A stretch of DNA of 20,000 nucleotides from IMG/VR virus record IMGVR_UViG_3300031773_001380, one strand, 5' to 3'. Of the stretch, positions 16,312 to 20,000 are shown piece by piece. The notes under the pieces were generated by a model that saw only the letters and a program-made list of their open reading frames with translations, was not told where the DNA came from and ran no database searches. Positions within the stretch are counted from its first letter, which is position 1. Each line of letters opens with the position of its first letter. Made by a program: the position numbers and the translations under genes. This DNA is from an uncultured virus (IMG/VR IMGVR_UViG_3300031773_001380) (taxonomy: Duplodnaviria > Heunggongvirae > Uroviricota > Caudoviricetes).

Positions 16312-17386
16312 TATTATATATCTCCTTGTATAAGTTGCCAGCTCCAAAATAATTTTCAGCTAACTTCTCTTTATTTACTCCTATGTTACTTAGCATTTCG
16401 TTAGTTTTATAACTATCCATTAAAGTAACAATCTTTTCTTTTAATTCTTCTTTATGTTCCTGATATGACTTCCAATTTTCTGTCCACTCTGAAGGGTACA
16501 TAAAAGGTTCATCATACATTTCTTTATAACTTAATCGTTCAGGAACTAATGGCATTCCTTTTGTGCATAATATTTCATAACAAGATATGCCTAATGTCTC
16601 TTGTAAATTAGCACTAAATACCATCTTTGCCTCACCTAACAATTTATGATATTCAGGTTTTGTTAATTCTTTTTCTTGGCATACAATAAATTCATATTGA
16701 GGTAATTCTTTTTCTAAGTCTTTAAATATATCTACTTGTTTCTCAGGAGCAATTCTGTGAGGGAATAAAATTATATCTTTTTTATCTGTATATTCTTTAT
16801 CTCCATTGTCTTTACGAATATCTTCTTCTAAATACTCCATTGGCCATCCTGTTCTAAGCATTTTGTTTGTATATTCCTCATCGCCTTCTTTAAAGAAAGT
16901 ATTAGCAAACAATTCCATATGAAATTTAGATGCAAACCAGTTTTTATCTATTGCATGGAACATAGCTTGTTCTGTATGTCTTACCCAAGGTTTATCTCCA
17001 ATAAGTCTGCCTAAGAAGTCTTGTGGATCGTAACTGCCAGCATGCCATAAAGCATGTATTGTTATATCTTTTTGTAAAAGCTCTGCCATATATTTTAATT
17101 GTAAAATACCTGGGTGCCAAGCATCTGCAAATATAAATTGGTCTCCGTTTTCTATATCATCTTCAATAAATTTTCTACCCAACTCAATAGTCTGTGATGC
17201 TTTGTAAACATTTGTACCACCAAAGTTTAAAAATGCACCAGGAGTTGTTGCTGCTGGAATATTAGTTGGACCTTCTATAACTTGTATGGATTTTCCTAAA
17301 ACAGTTGCTACTGTCTGAGGAAAAAATGTTTTCCATTGGGCAGTATATCTTGTTTCTACATATTCTAGATCAATTATATAAATCAT
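16298..17386 (-). CDS. GT-B fold glycosyltransferase (GT4-like)
   Basis: C-terminal Rossmann motifs ILFPHRIAPEKQ and QETLGISCYE (Ex7E-type), and N-terminal LWHAGSYD. Overlaps both neighbours. Confidence 0.8.
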   Translation of the reverse strand: MIYIIDLEYVETRYTAQWKTFFPQTVATVLGKSIQVIEGPTNIPAATTPGAFLNFGGTNVYKASQTIELGRKFIEDDIENGDQFIFADAWHPGILQLKYMAELLQKDITIHALWHAGSYDPQDFLGRLIGDKPWVRHTEQAMFHAIDKNWFASKFHMELFANTFFKEGDEEYTNKMLRTGWPMEYLEEDIRKDNGDKEYTDKKDIILFPHRIAPEKQVDIFKDLEKELPQYEFIVCQEKELTKPEYHKLLGEAKMVFSANLQETLGISCYEILCTKGMPLVPERLSYKEMYDEPFMYPSEWTENWKSYQEHKEELKEKIVTLMDSYKTNEMLSNIGVNKEKLAENYFGAGNLYKEIYNNEPT

Positions 17387-17756
17387 TTTCTAATATTGCT
17401 CCGTTTTCATCATCTTCATATACTTCCACACGGACTGCTCGGTTAGGATAATGTTCCTCTATATAATTTATAAGCTCTTCTGCTATCATTTCGCATGAAC
17501 GGTGGTCTAGTTGTAGTTCGCCTTCACCATATTGTTTTTCCAACTCTCTTTGGAATTGTATGAACTCTACATCTCTATCATTATGGGTAACACCTAGAGT
17601 TACATAAAAATAAAACTTATGTCTATGAGGATACCCCAAAAAACTAACATCATCCCAATCTCCTGTAGCATATTTAGGATCTTTATCTGCTCCAGGGAAC
17701 ATGTGAACTCCTTCTTTACGAAAGGATACCTTTATCATTCTTTTAGAAACTGACAT
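17370..17756 (-). CDS. QueD-like T-fold protein, DpdL-like (putative 7-carboxy-7-deazaguanine decarboxylase)
   Basis: LGYPHRHKF (LxxxHRHxF), SCEMIAE and VEVYEDDENGA give a PTPS-like topology without the QueD CxxxHG motif. It is a second T-fold gene beside a transglycosylase. The motif-to-DpdL link is recalled from the literature, not searched. Confidence 0.7.
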   Translation of the reverse strand: MSVSKRMIKVSFRKEGVHMFPGADKDPKYATGDWDDVSFLGYPHRHKFYFYVTLGVTHNDRDVEFIQFQRELEKQYGEGELQLDHRSCEMIAEELINYIEEHYPNRAVRVEVYEDDENGAILENDLYN

Positions 17757-17820
17757 ATAAAAACATCTCCATTATTACAAAGCCTAACATCATTAAACCT
17801 ACTAACCAACCTAAATCCAT
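17743..17820 (-). CDS. Possible 25-aa single-transmembrane peptide (MDLGWLVGLMMLGFVIMEMFLYVSF)
   Basis: Manual translation. Starts 4 nt after the transglycosylase stop, overlaps the next gene by 14 nt and is almost entirely hydrophobic. Confidence 0.45.
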   Translation of the reverse strand: MDLGWLVGLMMLGFVIMEMFLYVSF

Positions 17821-17824
17821 ATTA

Positions 17825-19165
17825 TTAACCAAACAGATTATCTAAACTGCCTGTCTCCTTTTTAAAATTACTTTTCTTAAACTCTTTTAAAGCATCTGCA
17901 TCCGTTGTAGGAAGTTCTACTTCTAGTTCTCCCTCATCTCCAGTACCAATTGCTTGACTTTTCAACTCTTTAACTGTTCTTGTTTCTTGTATCCACTTTT
18001 CAAATGAATCTCTGCCATCAACATTATATAAAGCATTGAATACAGGCTCTAGTTTCATTCTACTTGCAAATTTTAACAGTGGTTCCTTCTCAGTCATCTG
18101 TTCTAAGTGTTGCATAAAGTTTCTAATAGACATTAGAATAAATGCTGTTCTAACATACAACCACTTATTCAAATCTCCATATTGATCCTTTGCCTTTAGA
18201 CTAGGTGTGTTTAAAAGAGTGTGAAATTCGTCTATTTCTACACCTAAATTAACCGTTTTCATACAGTTTTGATACATTTCTGTATAGAAATTGGACATCT
18301 CTCTGCTAAACTTAGTTGTGCCTTGTCCCATATAAAATAACCCTGTCTCAACCGCCCTACTATGAGTTGTAGAGTCATATGATATATTAATATCCTTATA
18401 AAGACCGTTGTTTTGGAATACTAAGTAAGGCAACATTCGTCTAATAGAACCAATACCTAAGACGTGTAAGTGCATTTTATCTTGTGGCCACATCTTCTCA
18501 ATCTCAGATGCTATGAAACCTCTTTTAATATCTTCTAATGCACCAGTGCCGAGAGCAGCTGCACCTAATGCTACTCCACCCAAACGATTGTGCCATTCAG
18601 TAGGGATTTCTTCCATAATATACTGATACCAACTCAGGTATGTATCAATATCATTCCCTTGTATAATAACAAATGGTTTGCAGCTACTCTCTTTACTGTC
18701 AAAGACCTCTAGTTGACGTTTAACATTTTGTCCTGTCTTCCTAGCATAGTCTTCAAAATTTTCTCTATCAAATGATCTACCTTTTGTGTCGTTTCTTTCT
18801 GACCTTCCAGCTTTAACCTTAACAGGTATCTCATCAAAACACATACCTACATCTGCATGCTCTGCCTGGTTCTCATAAACTTTATCTTTTAATTCATCTG
18901 TAATATCTAAACCTAATGTAATCATTTGTAGACCACCAGAGTCAGCATGTATGCTATGAACATGGTCTTTATAAGGTTTAAATCTTTCTCCAAATGCGCT
19001 TTCGGTATGAGCATTATATAATAAGGATATATTATGTGAATAGTCTTTGCATAACTTATCAATTAACATGTTTACAATAGCAGTATTCGTTTCATCCAAA
19101 GCAATTCCTGGATTGCTTAAACGCATATACGATGTTCCTGATATTACATATTCTAATTTATTCAT
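17825..19165 (-). CDS. TGT-fold guanine transglycosylase (DpdA-like)
   Basis: Ordered TGT motifs LLYNAH, ADSGGLQ, MCFDEIP, IIQG, GVALG, HVLGIG and SYDSTTHSR. No CxCxxC zinc site. Clustered with folE and queD. Confidence 0.85.
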   Translation of the reverse strand: MNKLEYVISGTSYMRLSNPGIALDETNTAIVNMLIDKLCKDYSHNISLLYNAHTESAFGERFKPYKDHVHSIHADSGGLQMITLGLDITDELKDKVYENQAEHADVGMCFDEIPVKVKAGRSERNDTKGRSFDRENFEDYARKTGQNVKRQLEVFDSKESSCKPFVIIQGNDIDTYLSWYQYIMEEIPTEWHNRLGGVALGAAALGTGALEDIKRGFIASEIEKMWPQDKMHLHVLGIGSIRRMLPYLVFQNNGLYKDINISYDSTTHSRAVETGLFYMGQGTTKFSREMSNFYTEMYQNCMKTVNLGVEIDEFHTLLNTPSLKAKDQYGDLNKWLYVRTAFILMSIRNFMQHLEQMTEKEPLLKFASRMKLEPVFNALYNVDGRDSFEKWIQETRTVKELKSQAIGTGDEGELEVELPTTDADALKEFKKSNFKKETGSLDNLFG

Positions 19166-19671
19166 GACTTCAATATATCTATTAAAAGATTTGCCTCTGC
19201 CTTAGCGTCATCTAACGCATTGTGATTATTCTTTTTGGGTAGTCTTTTATCCAATACATTACTCAATGTTCTTAAACAATTAATGTCCCAGAACTTCCAG
19301 GGTGTAGTAATATTTTCTGCATGTAAAGCACTCTCGATAATAACTACATCAAAGTTAGCACCAAATCCCCAAATAGGAATTGACTCACTTCCATACCAAC
19401 TAACAAATTTGTCCAATGCCTCTTGTAAAGGAACAGGATTTATTTGTAATGCTTCTCTTGTTTCCCTGTCCTGTTCTGCCCACCATTCAATAGTTAAAGG
19501 ATCTATATGTAGTCCTACATCTTTACATGTTTTAGGATCTACATTAATATAAAACTCATCAACTATTTCTAGTCCGTCAATTTTAACTGCACCAATAGAA
19601 ACAATAGATGCATTGGATCTTGTTGATAAAGTTTCTAAATCTAAAACTATATGTTCTCCTTGTATATTCAT
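19162..19671 (-). CDS. DEDDh 3'-5' exonuclease (DexA/RNase AS-like)
   Basis: LDLETL, GANFD and HNALDDA motifs. Coupled to both neighbours (TAATG and ATGA overlaps). Confidence 0.88.
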   Translation of the reverse strand: MNIQGEHIVLDLETLSTRSNASIVSIGAVKIDGLEIVDEFYINVDPKTCKDVGLHIDPLTIEWWAEQDRETREALQINPVPLQEALDKFVSWYGSESIPIWGFGANFDVVIIESALHAENITTPWKFWDINCLRTLSNVLDKRLPKKNNHNALDDAKAEANLLIDILKS

Positions 19672-20000
19672 TATCTTGGTGCAAACTCCTGTTGTAATTT
19701 AATGTTATCAAAGAATTCTTTTTTCAAATCATCTTTCTTAAAACCGCCTCTTAGGACAGTTGTTTGTGTTAAAGAACTATGTGCCTTAATGCCTCTGTTC
19801 TCACAACAACCATGCGTTGCTTGTACATAAACACCTACATGTTCAGCGCCTGTATGTTCTTGTATCTTATTAGCAATCATAACATTAAGTTCTTCTTGTA
19901 ATGTACCACGCATAGCACACCATTGTGCAATCCTTGTGTACTTACTTAGACCTAATAGTTTATCTCCTGCAATAAGTCCTATGTATGCTGTGCCTCGAAC
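19671..20000 (-). CDS. folE: GTP cyclohydrolase I (C-terminal part; start lies beyond the window)
   Basis: The frame stays open to the window edge: VRGTAYIGLIAGDKLLGLSKYTRIAQWCAMRGTLQEEL...HGCCENRGI...TQTTVLRGGF. GLSK, LQE and HxCxxxRG are FolE motifs. Confidence 0.95.
   Translation of the reverse strand, partial: VRGTAYIGLIAGDKLLGLSKYTRIAQWCAMRGTLQEELNVMIANKIQEHTGAEHVGVYVQATHGCCENRGIKAHSSLTQTTVLRGGFKKDDLKKEFFDNIKLQQEFAPR

Noticed and set aside
332..19552. All plus-strand ORFs in the track (for example 332-658, 8528-9142, 12620-12988, 19235-19552)
   Set aside because: They lie antisense to well-supported minus-strand genes, have Ser/Phe/Leu-rich shadow-frame composition and show no recognisable motifs.
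1..20000. Bacterial chromosome or host contamination, suggested by def, the ClpP-like gene, the receptor and folE
   Set aside because: These genes are interleaved on one strand with T4-type gp47, gp46, gp45 and gp44 and with late promoter boxes. I also noticed no tRNA, rRNA, intron or intein.

Overview
This is an AT-rich segment of a T4-like (myovirus-type) phage genome, probably aquatic, with every credible gene on the minus strand. In transcription order (right to left) it holds three blocks. (1) A 7-deazaguanine modification cluster: folE (partial), a DEDDh exonuclease, a TGT/DpdA-fold transglycosylase, a possible 25-aa membrane peptide, a QueD-like T-fold protein with an LxxxHRHxF motif (DpdL-like), a GT-B glycosyltransferase and queD. 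(2) The core genes gp47 and gp46, then about 11 kb of accessory cargo: glutaredoxin, peptide deformylase, a ClpP-like protease, a BtuB-like TonB-dependent receptor next to a B12-dependent radical SAM enzyme, a HEXXH/VWA protein with a MoxR/CobS-like AAA+ ATPase, a DUF3310-like protein and a ferritin-like diiron enzyme. (3) gp45, a peroxiredoxin and the start of gp44. Sigma70-type promoters (one duplicated as a 38-bp identical block) and T4 late-type TATAAATA boxes are visible. The best candidates for new biology are the glycosyltransferase embedded in the deazaguanine cluster and the BtuB-like receptor plus B12 radical SAM pair. All family calls rest on motifs recognised by eye, not on database searches.
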